Assembly (NCBI RefSeq): GCF_030144855.1
Contig: NC_082718.1
Location: forward strand, 6,448,001-6,512,000
Origin: Hypanus sabinus
Lineage: Eukaryota
DNA: 64,000 bases
Reading direction: 5' to 3'
The first letter of the stretch is position 1; each line of letters starts with the position of its first letter. Both the position numbers and the translations under genes were made by a program. Positions 50,916 through 63,445 of the stretch are shown one piece after another. A model generated the notes under the pieces. That model worked only from the letters and a program-made list of their open reading frames with translations. It was not told where the DNA came from and did not search any database.

Positions 50916-51699
50916 ATAAGAAACAAGAACACTTACCAAATACATTCTAAAGTGAGCTCAATTCTGACTACTTTGCTCTCAAGGCCGGAAGTGGACTTTG
51001 CTGATATTTCTGTGGAAAGCATGTTAGCGATCCATAGACATCCTACTATTCCTGTCTAGTGAGGAATTTGGCTTCTTAACTGTCCACATTACAGGGAGAT
51101 CACAGTTCAACAGCAGGATTGCTACAAGTTATTTTCAGATTTTCTCGGTTCAGGATTGTGGTGGGAGAGAATAAGCGTGTAGCCCAGATGGCCAGGTGAG
51201 ATTGAGTTGGACACTTTTCTACTCAGTGAGAAGAGGTCTAATCTGTACCTAAACTTCATCCACCTGATATATCTCTACCTCCTTGAATACAGTTGCCTAG
51301 CAAAACCTCTCAATTTTTAATTGAAAATGCTGATTTTGAAAGTGAGAATCATACTTCTACCAACCCTTGCATTGGAAAGATGTTTCCTAACTGTTCTGAT
51401 TGATTTGGACTGAATCTCGTACTGTCCGCAAAACCAATGTAATATGTTTCTCCATTAATCCTACCATGCTCTTCTAATATGATTTATCATTGAATCTTTC
51501 ATATTCTGGGAAGCTCATGTGGTTAACCCTAGTGAAACCGTAGTACCTTCCTTTCAAGACCAATGTGTTCTTTCTGTACGGCATGTAGCTGTAACTGCCA
51601 TATGTTATATTCCTTTTCTTTGGCTCCAGCCCAGGTAGAAATTCTGACTTTATATATACTGAAGTAAGGTTTATGTAGAAATACTGACACAGAATTGGG

Positions 51700-52085
51700 A
51701 GCTCTTCTCTTTGGAGCGAAGGAGGATGAGAGTTGACTTGATAGAGATGTGCAAGATGATGAGGCGTAGATTGAGTGGACAGCCCGAGACATTTGCCCAG
51801 GGAGGAAATGGACAATACAAGCTGGCCTAATTTTAAGAGGATTGGAGGAAAGTATAGGAGAGATGTCATAGGTAAGTTTTCTCACACAGAGAATGGAGGG
51901 TGTGTAGAATATGCTGCCAGAGATGATGGTAGAGATAGATACATTAGGGAGATTTAAGACACTTTTAGATAAGCACGTGGATGATAGAAAATGGAGGGAA
52001 AGGTTAGATTGATCTTAAAGTGGGTTAACTGCCAGCACAACATTGTGGGTTGAAGAGCCTGTACTGTGCTATAATGTTATATATT
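51700..52085 (+). mobile_element. CR1 3' end; similar short 3' ends at about 16350-16670, 28465-28770 and 59650-59900
   Basis: LFSLERRRMRVDLIEM.K remnant plus 3'UTR. Confidence 0.8.
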
Positions 52086-52355
52086 CAAAGTTCAAAGTTC
52101 ATTTATCATCAATGTATGTATAAATTATACAACCTTATGATTCATCTGCTTACAGGGAGCAACAAAGCAAGAAACCCAAAGAACCCAATTTTGAAAAAAA
52201 GGCCAACACCCAATGCACAGAGAGGGATAAATACACAAATTATGCAAACAGTAAAAGGGAGGAACGCATTCAGAACAAAAGTGAGTCCACACACCCAGAG
52301 CCTGGAGCAGCCACTTCAATGTGTATTATACAACATGTTTCTTCAATTACAAACA

Positions 52356-52942
52356 ATTCCATTTCACACACATCTGCTCTCACCCCATCCTCCTGCCACC
52401 CTACCAGGGACAGGGTTCCTCTTGTCCTCACCTACCACCCACGAGCCTCCGTGTCCAGCACATAATTCTCTGAAACTTCCATCATCTCCAATGGGATCCC
52501 ACCACCAAGCACATCTTTCCCTCCACCTCACTTTCTGCTTTCCCCAGGGATGGCTACCTACACGACTCCCTTGTCCATTCGTCCCTTCCCACTGATCTCC
52601 CTCCTGGTGCTTGCCCTTCCAAGCGCAACAAGTGCTACACCTGCCCCTACACCAGCTCCCTCACTACCATCCAGGCCCTAAACAATCCTTCCAGGTGAGA
52701 CAACATTTCACCTGTGAGTCTGTTGAGGTCAAATACTGTGTCCAGTGCTCCCAGTGTGGCCTCCTGTATATCGGTGAGACCCTGTATAGATTGGGAGACC
52801 GCCTCACCGAGCTCCTATGTTCTGTCTGTGAAACAAAGTGGGATCTCCCAGTAGCCATCTATTTTAATTTCACTTCCCATTCCGATATGTCCATCCACGG
52901 CCTCCTCCACTGTCATGATGAGGCCACACAGGTTGGAGGAAC
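52356..52942 (+). mobile_element. Penelope-like element fragment (GIY-YIG endonuclease)
   Basis: GPKQSFQVRQHFTCES..VKYCVQCSQCGLLYIGET..RLGDR..E (ORF 52611..52976). Interrupted by a Gypsy LTR. Confidence 0.9.
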
Positions 52943-53525
52943 TGATGCACCATCAATAACTCACTCTGAGACGTAAGGCGAGATATCGGCTTTTATTGAC
53001 TGAAGAAGGAACCAGCAGTGAGTGACCATCATATTACATCCTGGAGAATGAGGCAGAGGATTAAACCTGAATCGCCTTTATACAGGGGCCTGTGGGAGGA
53101 GCCACAGGAGCAGTCAGCAGGGGGCGTGTCCAGACAGGCACATAGTTCACCACATTCACCCCCCCTTTGTTTGAAAGAGTCCCCATGTGGCGAAGTTTCT
53201 TACAGGTCAAGTCTATCAGGTGGTCGAATCTGTCGCTGCGATCTACGTAGCACCGACTGTGATTGCACCGATGCCAGCAACATTGGAGATTGCACAGGAG
53301 ACGGAGGTTGTGCTGGTTCCAGCTCATGCATGTGCAAGGCACCTGGTATATATGTGTCATGAGGAGTCCATGTAGGGCCTGGTGAGCGCGGTGTCACCTC
53401 GGGTACAGGGTTCATAGTTACCGGAGAGTGTTCAGGGTAGTGGTCTGCTGCACCTGCGGGCGCCAGGTCGCGGATGGAGACCGTGTCCTCCTGCCCATCA
53501 GGTAAGACCACGTAAGCATATCTTG
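52943..53525 (-). mobile_element. Ty3/Gypsy 3' end: integrase C-terminus, PPT (53155-53168) and 212-bp 3' LTR (52943-53154)
   Basis: YAYVVLPDGQEDTVSIRDLAP...LRRSQRQIRPPDRLDL*. PPT aaagggggggtgaa lies immediately before TGTGGTGAAC. The LTR ends ...GCATCA. Confidence 0.93.
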
Positions 53526-54461
53526 GTCGGTAAATTTTAATTGCATCTGGGTTTTCTTTTTCTGATCGTTTCCAAGGCTTATTCAATGTGTTTAGGGTTT
53601 TTCAATGCTCTCCCCATCTCAGACTCCCAAACCTCCTTCTCAGCCCCACTCGAGGTTTCTTGATCTCAGTCTGTTGGGGTTCCCATGCCTCCCTCTCCAG
53701 TTCCCCAGAACTCTGGAGTCTTCCCTGGATCTCAAGTTTTCAGATCTTCAGGGCTGTCATGTGGAGGGGGGTGACTTCTTCAGGCCTGTGCAGGGCATCA
53801 GCGAGCATTGGGCTCTGAGGTTTTTAGAGCACCTGAATTGGTTAATTGTTGCTTAGCAGTTATTAATGGTTTAAGAGTTTTCCATTAGCCAACAGCCCTG
53901 TTTGACCTAGCGTTTATTGTTTTTCCCTGTAACATTACTCGCATTAGAGTCTGAAATATCAACCTGCTTCAGTGTCTCTCACTCTGCACTTGGGCCATGT
54001 CCGAACCTCACTGACAAGTGGCTGGTTGCTTTGACAATCAGGAGATTCAGGGAGTTGGGAATCTGGTGTAAGGAAGGATTGATGTTTACTGTGTTATGGA
54101 AGAAAGATTCTCTAGACCCCATTCAAATAATCAGCTTCTATTATCACCTGGAGAGCATTCTAACTGGCTGTATCCCATCTGGTATGGTGGGGAATGGGGT
54201 GATTGAAAGAAGCTGCAAAAAATATGAACTCAGTCAGCTCCACCATGAGCACCCACCTCCAGAGAATCCAGGACATCTTCAAGGAGAAATACCTCACAAA
54301 GTGGCATCAACATCAATGACCGCCATCGCCCATTTCTGCCATCAGGCAGGAGCTTGAAGGCACACACTCAACCTTTCAGGAACATCTTCTTCCCCTCTCT
54401 AATCAGATTTCTGAATGGACATTGAACCCACGCACTCTACCTCACTACCTGTTTCGCACCA

Positions 54462-55100
54462 GATAGTCTCCTCGTTGTTGGAGACACAATCCTGCCAGCC
54501 GATGCCCATGATGGAGCAGTGACAGCGCTGGTGGAAGAGCTCCAGCAACTGGATTTGCTTGCGGTACCAGACCCAGTCTTCCGAGCCGTGTAGCAATGTT
54601 GTGACAATGGCACCCTGTACATCTGGATTTTTGTGGACAGATTTTTGTGGTTCTTCCACACTCATTTCTGGAGGCGCCCGAAGTCACCGCTGGCTCTGGC
54701 GAGTTGATTGTCGCCATCCCTTACGACCGTAACCACTTCGCAGCTCGGGCAGCTCTGCTGGTCAGGCCACGTGTCCTGCGTGGACATCTCCAGGTTACTC
54801 TACGCAGAACTCTCTCAGGGCAAGAGAGATCGTGGTGCCCCGTGCAAGAGGTACGACAACCAACTTAAGCAACAACTCTCTCAGGCAACTATTGAGGTCA
54901 ATGAGAGGCAGCAGCTGGCTTGTGTCAGAGACCACTGGAGAACGCTGATCTACAGAAAGCTAGAAGTTTTGAGGAGTCCAGAAGAGCAACTGCTGAAGAG
55001 AAGAGATGTAGGAAGGATTCTACCTCCCAAGAGCCCACATCCCAGATGTTCCCACGTCCCAACTGATCCAGAATTGGCCTCTACAGTCACTAACAAAAAA
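54462..55100. mobile_element. RTE/BovB-like LINE fragment with an inverted 5' segment (54462-~54700 minus; ~54710-55100 plus)
   Basis: Minus strand: VTTLLHGSEDW..YRKQIQLLELFHQRC..SIMGIGWQD.VSN.E. Plus strand: QL.WSGHV....RLLYAELSQGKRDRGAP.KRY...LK. Confidence 0.82.
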
Positions 55101-55849
55101 ACAGCCCACAGGACATGGACAGTGCATGGAGAAAGTCAGTGATCAGACATGAAGCTAGTAAATACTGTAATATATTACATGGTCTTTTGGGTTTCTTAGT
55201 TTTGTGGCTGTCTGTAAGGAGATAAATTTCAAGATTGTATAATGTATACATACTTTGATTATAAATATGCTTTGAAGTTTGAATGTGCTTTAGAGGGCAG
55301 TGGAGTGTGTGAATGAACAATTAGCTCTGCCTTCTGTACAATAACTCATCTCCAGACTCCTAGGCTTAGGATCTGGCATCTCCTGCTCTATAACTGAATT
55401 CCTGACCAACAGACTGGAAGCAATACCTCCTCCATGATTACCCTGAACACCATTGCCCCACAAGGCTACACCCTGAGCCTCTTCCTTTGTTCCTTGTGCA
55501 CTCATGACTGTGTGACCAGATTCTACTCTAGCTCCATTTACAAGTTATTAGATGACTCCATAGTCATCGGTGGGATCTCAAAATAATAATGAGACTGAGA
55601 ATAGACAGGAGCTAAAAAGCCTTGTTTCATAGTACCAAGACAAAAACTATCTTAACGTCAAGAAAAGAGCTAGTCATTGACTTCAGAAAACAGGATGAGG
55701 CCCCTTGTACCAGCGGGGCTGGGGTTGAGCCTGTTGAGATCTTCTGGTTCCACCAGCAAATTGTCCTGCTCCAGCCTTGTGAACACTCTGGCCAAGAAAG
55801 TTCACTGGTGCTCCTGCTTCCACAGAAGGTGAAGCAAAGTTCCTAAGGC

Positions 55850-56140
55850 AGCACCTTCCAGACCCAAGACCACTACCATCTAGAAAGATGAGAACAGCAC
55901 CACTTGGAAATCACCCTCAAAGTCACTCACCATCCTGACTTGGAAACGTATCACTGTTCCTTCATTGTCATTGGGTCAAAGTCATGGAAATCCCTCCCTA
56001 ACAGCACTGTGGGTGTACTTACCCCTCAGGGATTGAAGTGGGTCAAGAAGGCAGCTCATCACCACCTTCTCAAAGGTAACTAGGGATGGGCAATAAATGC
56101 TGGCTCAGCTGGTGATTCCACATCCTGTAAATGAATAAAA
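55850..56140 (+). mobile_element. L2/CR1-group LINE 3' end (DeuSINE-partner-like tail)
   Basis: gcagctcatcaccaccttctcaaagg...gggcaataaatgctggc...cacatcc.gtaaatgaataaaa. Family name is from recall. Confidence 0.55.
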
Positions 56141-59100
56141 TAAATTCATCATGCCCCATTGAAGCTCACCAATTTATACAGATACCCCATAGAAAACAAT
56201 ATATCTGGATGCATCAGAGCTTGGTATGGCAGTTGCATTGTCCAAGATCACAGGTGATTTCAGAACGTTGTGAATGCAGCCAGTCTATGAGAGAAACCAG
56301 ACCCTTCGTCACTGACTCTGACCTGTGCTTCCCACTGCCATGGGAGGGCAGCCAACATATCCAAGGGTACCTCCCACCCTGGACATTCTCTCTCATCCCA
56401 TCTCTGAAGCAGAATACATGAAATCCTGCAAATCTCTGTACCGCCATGCTAAAGGACAGCTTCTGACCTACTGTTTTAAGACTCTCTAATGGACCTCTGA
56501 CACAACAAACTCTTAATATATTTCATCAAGGTCCTTGCTCATTATTTGTTGACTTGCAATGCACTTTCTCTCTAACTGTAACACTCCGTTACATACTGTT
56601 TCTCCCCCCTTTTTGTGCAAGCTTGCTGCACTTTCATAGGGAATTATCTGGATGGGATACAAACAAAAGTTTTTCACTGTTTTTCAGTATACATCCCAGT
56701 GCAAGTCAGGTGCAGGACCCAGATCTATTAAAGAATTAAGAACCGCGCTGGCAACCAAGAAGCATAAAATGCTGTCCAACTCAATTGGTTTATCAGACTA
56801 GTCAGCAAAGACAGGACCCTCTCAAAGTGATCATCTCTGAATCTAGATATACATGGCCTGCTATGTATCTTTTCTGTAGAATTCTTCTTGAACACCAAGA
56901 AGAGGGAGATCTTGAAAGAAATGTAACAACACTGAACGCAGTAGCCTGTTTTCTGAAACAAATGTTTATTGTATCCACAGTGGGGTGCAGTGACCACTTA
57001 AGTACTGAGGCAGCGACTCTTCAAGCATTAATAATTAACTTAAAAAACACAAAAAGCTTTCTAATCTGTTAGAACTATATAATCATGACAGGCATTGATA
57101 CAGCAGGTACACATTTTACCCATGGGAATAGTGTCAAAAGCAAGACACCATTAATTTGAGTTGTGAGGTTTTGCCACCCCATTCCCCTACTCATAAAGGA
57201 ATTGATCAGGCTGGCTATTTGGTTTTAGTGGCTGTGAAGCAGATGCACAATGCATAATTTCCACTAAACACAGTCATCGCAAAGTTGGCTACTTTGGCCA
57301 ACTTCAGTTAATGGAGCAATGTCCAAGTTTGAGCGCACACCTATTTGAATAATAAGTTTCTGTACGTTTTATAGACTCAATTGCAGAAAGTAAGTAGCGA
57401 ACGTGTAGCTGGATGATATAGCTGGAAGCAAATCCATAGAGGCAAATGCATGGTGATGGACCTCACTGCCTGAGTCACAGTGAATCACAGAGCAGCACAA
57501 TGCAGATGCAGGTCCTTCAGGCCACTGTCTGCACCAGCCACCTAGCACCCATTTGTACACTAATCCCACCTTAACTAATTTCCTTCTATCAACATTCCCA
57601 TTCCATCATCCGCCCCTCCCTGCACCGTGTCACGTATCATCATTTGTCAACATATGAGTGGTCAATTAACGCAGCAACTCAACTCATTTTGTCTCAGGGA
57701 GAATGAGACAGCACCAGGGGAAGGAATTGAACCCAGGCTGCAGGAACTGTGAGGCTACTATCTGCCTCACTGTGCTGGGAAGCCGATTGGTGGTGGTGTT
57801 GCCTGTTGTGCCATTGGCATTTAACGCAACAAGGCTATTGGATTGAACGGCAAAAGGCACTTTCATTGGCCCCTTGCATGGTCGAGGTGCCTGCCTTGTC
57901 TGTGTTCCATTAAAGACGTGAAAGTTGCACCTGAAATGTGGTTATTTGTTTTTATACTGTAGCACTTAGATAATGGCTAATGTTCAGTGAGTTCTCTTCC
58001 TCGTTCTCTAATGCCATGTCTATTTCAGAGTGTTTCTGATGGCACGTTCATTTCAGAATTTATTTTAAAAGTTTGAAATGTTACTATACCATTAAAAACC
58101 ATAGACAAACAGGGACTAATAGATATTTAGTTAGGAACAGTAGATAAACTGGGACTCATAGGAATTTGTTTAGTATTGGTTGCAATTTCCTTTGAATGGT
58201 TAGAAATGTAGAGATGAAAGGAAAATGGAAAGAGAATGTCAGCAGAAATGAGAGATAGAGAGAGAGAGAGAAATAGACTAGACTGTCATTCATATAGATC
58301 AATTCACTGAGATTCAAAGTATGCTTATTATCGAAGTATGTATACAATATACGACCCTGAGATTTGTCTTCACACAGACAGCCATGAAACAAAGAAACAC
58401 CAAGGAACCCGTACAAAGAAAATATAAAATACTCAACATGCAAAAAAAAAAAGAAATCAATTGTGCAGACAGCAAAAACCAAGAAAAAAAAGAGAGTATA
58501 AAACATTAAACCACAGAGTCCTTGAAATAGACTAGGAATTTTCAGCTTGGTTCAGTTCAGTTCAGCTTAGCGTTGTGTCATTTATTGACTGCAGGCCACA
58601 GAGCCAGTCTACCCCGATCAAAACAGCAATGACAAAGGAGAAACCCAATACACGTATAGCATGAACTGCAGAATCCCGTCCACACACTGCGCTGAATAAA
58701 CCTCATCTGAGACCCAGGACTCTGGCACCACTTAGTGAGAGGGAGAGAGGGAGGGTCAAATGCAGCCAGATGGTGCTGAACATCTGCTCACCTTCTGCTT
58801 TTCCCTCGACCTCAGTAATAAACCAACTTTCCAATTTAAAATCACTCTTTCTCTCAGCAGTAGCTGCTTCTATGTTTGTTGCTCTTTTTCTCCTCTCTGT
58901 CCTCAGAGCTTTCATCCTAGTTCTCAAGGTATAACAATAAAAAAGTTAATAACGTGCAGAATAAAGTGTTACAATTGCAGAGTAAGTGCAGTGCAGGCAG
59001 ACAATCAGGTGCAGGGTCAGAACTAGGAGAATTGTGATTTTAAGACGGTAGTGGTGAAATCATTAGAGATAATTTTTGTGGTGGGGTAAAAAGCAGGAGG

Positions 59101-60205
59101 ATGTAGTGTTACACGAGCATGGTGGTGGACGAACCCAAGTGCAGAACACGGGCGCGGAGGCAGAGTCGGGAGGCATTATTGACGTAGCGAGTGTGGAATC
59201 GGTATCCAGGAGAGTCTTTACCCAGAGTCCAGGGTTGGGAGAGAATCCAGGAGCAATGCTAGACTTAGAACTGGCAGTTCTAAGAACCATGAAATGAGGT
59301 TACTCACACCGGAGTCGACCAACGAACTGGCAGCTCCTTGTTCTGATCACAGGGCCTTTAGCCTGCATTTTCTGATGGAAAGCAGGTGTGTGTAGTTAGT
59401 GGAACCTGGCAATGATTGGAAACTAAATGAGGGGATTGAGGCCCAATTCCTGAGGTAAATAGCAAGGTGGGGGATCACCAGAAGGGACGATGACAACTAG
59501 ATGCAGGGGTAGTGATACAAGTAAGTTAAGGAGATGGAGACTGAGTAGAGACGAAAGCTTGTGTGAGATAAATACAGCGTCAAAAACAAGAAAGTGAGAG
59601 GAAATATGGAAAGGAATAAAGGACAAAAATAAAAATGAAACAATGAGGGATAGATGTCATAGGTTAAGGGTGAAAGGTGAAATATTTAAGAGGAACCTGA
59701 GGGGGATCAGTCTGATCACTCAGAGGGCAGTTCTGAGTGTGAAATGAACTGCCAAAAAAGTGGCAGATTTCAACATTTAAGAGGAATTTAGCTGGGAGGG
59801 CAATGGAGGGTTATGGTCCAGGTGCTGTTCAGAGGGACCAGGCAGAATAACAGTTCAGCATGGAGCCAAAGGTCCGTTTCTGTGCTGTAGGGTTCTATGG
59901 CTCAGTGATCCTAAAGTGAAGGAGAAATAGAGAGAATGCAGGGAATGGAAAATGAGTGAGTGACAGAGATGAGAGAGCAAGCGAAAAGCCTTGAATTACT
60001 TTCTGTTCTGTGCATATTGTAGGTAGAAACATTATGGAGACTGAAGGCAGAGAGGTGGCCTCAGTCACGGCTTGATATAATAATGAATAAGTTTTGTATT
60101 TAAAAATAGAAATACTCTAATGTAACCTTGTGGAACATCTTATCAGCGAGGAACCCTGTGCATTCTATGGAATGGAAATATGCAGATGTGGAGAAGAAAA
60201 CATGT

Positions 60206-60388
60206 GTGGGATAATAACCTGTTTAACCAGGTGCTGTTTCTTCACCAACTCATAACTGGTGCAGCTCATTACGCTGTGGGAACGACACAGCAGACAGTCA
60301 AAATTACATAAGGTAAAGAGCAATTAATTGATCTTGGGTAATAATGCCACTCAGATTAGATTACAGCAGATAAGAAATCACTTATAAA
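60206..60388 (+). promoter_or_regulatory. Proximal promoter of the CPA1-like gene: TATAAA (60383-60388), AGATAA (60368-60373), RBPJ-type TGTGGGAA (60275-60282) and an E-box/TC-box pair (60206-60233)
   Basis: Motifs read directly from the sequence. Their position relative to the ATG suits a short-5'UTR secretory enzyme gene. Confidence 0.6.
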
Positions 60389-60436
60389 CTGGCCAGTGAA
60401 AGGAGGTGCTTTCAGCCTCTGATGGTTCTTTTGAAA

Positions 60437-60501
60437 ATGAGAGCCCTGGTGGTCCTCAGTGCCTTTCTCCTGGTGGTCGTTGGCAAGGAGACGTTCGTTG
60501 G
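60437..60501 (+). CDS. CPA1: Carboxypeptidase A1-like gene, exon 1 (65 nt): MRALVVLSAFLLVVVGKETFVG signal peptide
   Basis: aaaATG start and a classic CPA1-type signal peptide ending G-KETFVG. Donor GG|gtgagt. TATA box about 50 nt upstream. Paralogue identity (CPA1/2/5) cannot be fixed from two exons. Confidence 0.92.
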
Positions 60502-60703
60502 GTGAGTAACGTATTTTGTGGAGCTTGAGTATCCAGTCAAGTGGTGAAGATATCCTGTCCTCCCTCTAAATTAGCACCAAGGAACATGTGACTATGTTGC
60601 ATCACGTTGAATGAATAGTCATGCATTTACTGTGGTTTTAACCCTTTACTAGTGGTTGGGGTAATACTCAAATCTATAGTTCAATTCACCCACATCTACC
60701 ATG

Positions 60704-62130
60704 GACATGAGAAAATCTGTCAATGTTGGAAGTCCAACCACCACACACAATGCCGGAGGAACTCAGCCGGCCAAGGCAGCTTCTATGGACAAGAGTAAAC
60801 AGTTGACTTCGGGCTGAAACACTTCTTCAGGACTGGGGAAAAAAGAAAGATGATGTCCCCTCAACCCAACTTCCTACTCATCAATTTTGCCTCCAACTTC
60901 CACTCTGCCCTCAAATTTAATCGGTCCATTTCTGATACATTCCTCCCTTCTCTGTCTATCTCTGGAGACAGTTTATTCACTGATATCTTTTATAAAACCA
61001 CTGATTCTCACAGCTACCTGGATTATACTGTACCTCTTCTCACCCTGTCACTCGTAAAAATGCTGTCTCCTTCTCTCTATTCCTCAGTCTCCACTGCATC
61101 TGCTCTCAGGATGAGACTTTTCATTCCAGAACTAATGAGATGTCCTCCCTCTTCAAAAAAAGGGGCTTCCCTTCCTCCACCATCAATCTACCCTCACCCA
61201 CATATCTCCCATTTCACACATGTCTGCCCTCAACCCATCCACCCACCAGGGACAGGGTTCCTCTTGTCCTCACCTACCACCCCATCAGCCTCTTGTCCAG
61301 CACATAATTCTCAGTAATTTCTGCCGTCTCAAATGGGATCCCACCACTAAGCACATCTTTCCCTCCTCCCACTTTCTGCTTTCCACAGGGTTCACTCCCT
61401 TGTCTAATCGACCCTTATCCTCGCAAGTGGAACAAGTGCTACTCCTGTTCCTACACCCTCTCCCTCACTACCATTCAGGACCTCAAACAGTCCTTCCAGA
61501 TGAGGAGACATTTCACCTGTGAGTCTTTTGGGGTGCTCCCGGTGTGGCTGCTGTACATCAGTGAGACCCAATGTGGATTGGGATACTGCTTCACAGAGCA
61601 CCTACACTCCATCTACCAGAAGAAGCAGGATCTCCCGGCGGCAACCCATTTCAATTCTACTTCCCACTCCCATTCTGACATGTCACTCCATGGCCTCCTC
61701 CACTGCTGTAGCGAGGCCACACCCAGGTTGGAGAAGAAACATCTTATATTTTGTCTGGGTAGCCTCCAATCTGATGGCATGAACATTGATCTCTCAGATT
61801 TCCAGTAATTGCTCTGCCCCCACCATTCCCATTCCTCTGGTGCTCCTCCCTCTTCCCTTTCTTCCATGTTCTATCCTCTCCTGTCAGATTCCCCCTCCTC
61901 CAGCCCTTTATCCCTTTCACCAATCAACTTCCTAGCTCTTCACCCATCCTCCTCATGTGGGTTTATCTAGCACCTACCACCTTGTACTTCTTCCTCCCCT
62001 CCGCCCCCATCCTCTTACTCTGCCTCCTAATCTTTTCTTTCGGCCCCCATGAACGGTGTCAGCCCAGAGCGTCAACTGTACTTTCTCACATAGATGTTTC
62101 CCAGCCTGCTGAGTTCCTCCAGCATTTTGT
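60704..62130 (+). mobile_element. Penelope-like element in intron 1 of the CPA1-like gene (inverted 5' terminus, RT thumb, GIY-YIG, 3' terminus)
   Basis: NFHSALKF..SISDT.LP...DIFYKTTDSHSYLDY and HFTCES...LLYISET...LG..F.EHL...RLEKKHLIFCLGSLQ.DGMNID. Termini match 42682-43514. Confidence 0.9.
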
Positions 62131-62539
62131 AGAAATTAAGTAGAAGAATTGAATGTTTACCTGCTAATTTAAACTTCCTAGTTCGAAAACACAATGCATA
62201 GGAAAAAGAAGTTTTGTTCACTGTGTGTGAAAATCACAGATTGTCTCTGGTCATCTTTGTCTCACTGAGGGAGCTCAGTCCTTTGTTTCTACCGGTATTC
62301 AGCACAAGAAATATTGCATTTTAAGCCATTTGAAAAAAATCGGTCCTGTTAAGTAGGGCGGAATCAAAATCAGGTTTATTGGCACTGACATGTTGTAAAA
62401 TTTCTTTTTGGCAGCAGTACAATGCAAGACATAAAAATCACTGTAAGTGAAAAATAAATAAATAATGATAAATAAATAGACAGATAGAAAAATAAATAAA
62501 TAAGGAATGGATAGATAGATAGCTTAGGGTAGTGGCGAA

Positions 62540-62732
62540 AGAAACGCGAGCCAATAGAATTCAAAGGTCAGCTGAAGGGGTAGCCAACCAGAACTGAGGC
62601 AAGTGAACTGGGGCCTGTATAAACATAAGCACCCCCAGAGAGAAACACCAACAACTGTGCACCGAGGATGTCATCTCGACTGGCGATGAAACATCTGCAA
62701 GCTAATTGCCAAGCTGAGCGAACACCGCAACA
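62540..62732 (+). mobile_element. Terminus of a probable second Penelope-like family with CCAAT, TATA and a degenerate hammerhead (62658-62699)
   Basis: gccaatag...gtataaa...TGCA-CCGAGGA-T-GTCATC-TCGACT-GGCGAT-GAA-ACAT-C-TGCA. Confidence 0.6.
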
Positions 62733-63445
62733 TAATTTGATAGACAGCACAGAAGAGGAATGGTGGTGGTAATGAGAAGAGGACATTTTCTCATTTCCTG
62801 CATAGTGAGAGCTCTTAATGAAGATGTCACTTTCTTGAGGATGTCTTTGATGGTGGGGGGGGTGGGGTTATACCTATGGTGGAGTTGGCTAAGTATACAA
62901 CCTTCTGCAGCCTCCTTCAATCTTGTGCATTGGATCCTGCAGACCAGATGGTAATGCGACCAGTCAGAATTCTCGCCATGGTACATCTGTAGAAATTTGC
63001 TCAAGTCTTTGGTAATATATCAGATCTCAAGCTCTTAATAAAGTAGAGATGCTGGCATGCTTTCTTCATGATGGTATCAAAGTGCTGGGCCCAGCATAGA
63101 TGCTCTGCAATGGTACGTTCAGGAAACTGAAGCTGCTCATCCCCTCCACTGGTGTGCGTCCTCCTGACTTCCCCTTCCTGAAGTCCACTCAACCAACCAA
63201 TTTATCTCACTCCTGTACACCTCCTCATCACCTTCTGTGGTTCTACCAACAACAGTGGAGTCATCAGCGAATTTATAAACAGCATTTGAGCTGTGCCTAG
63301 GCCCACAGTCATAAGTGTAGAGAGAGCAGAGCAGAGAGTTAAGAACACAAATTGGAGGTGCACCAGTGCTGACTGTCAGTGAGATAGCACAATGATCTGT
63401 ATGACAGATTTCATTTCAAGTTTTTCCATTTTTAATCTTTCACAG

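Noticed and set aside
50885-50936. GTAAGT...AG mini-intron upstream of the fucosyltransferase
   Set aside because: At 52 nt it is below the usual vertebrate minimum intron length, so the acceptor more likely pairs with a distant donor.
59107-59495. Possible LTR (TGTTAC...TGACA)
   Set aside because: The flanks match at only 3 of 5 positions (tgtag/actag) and there is no internal sequence to support it.
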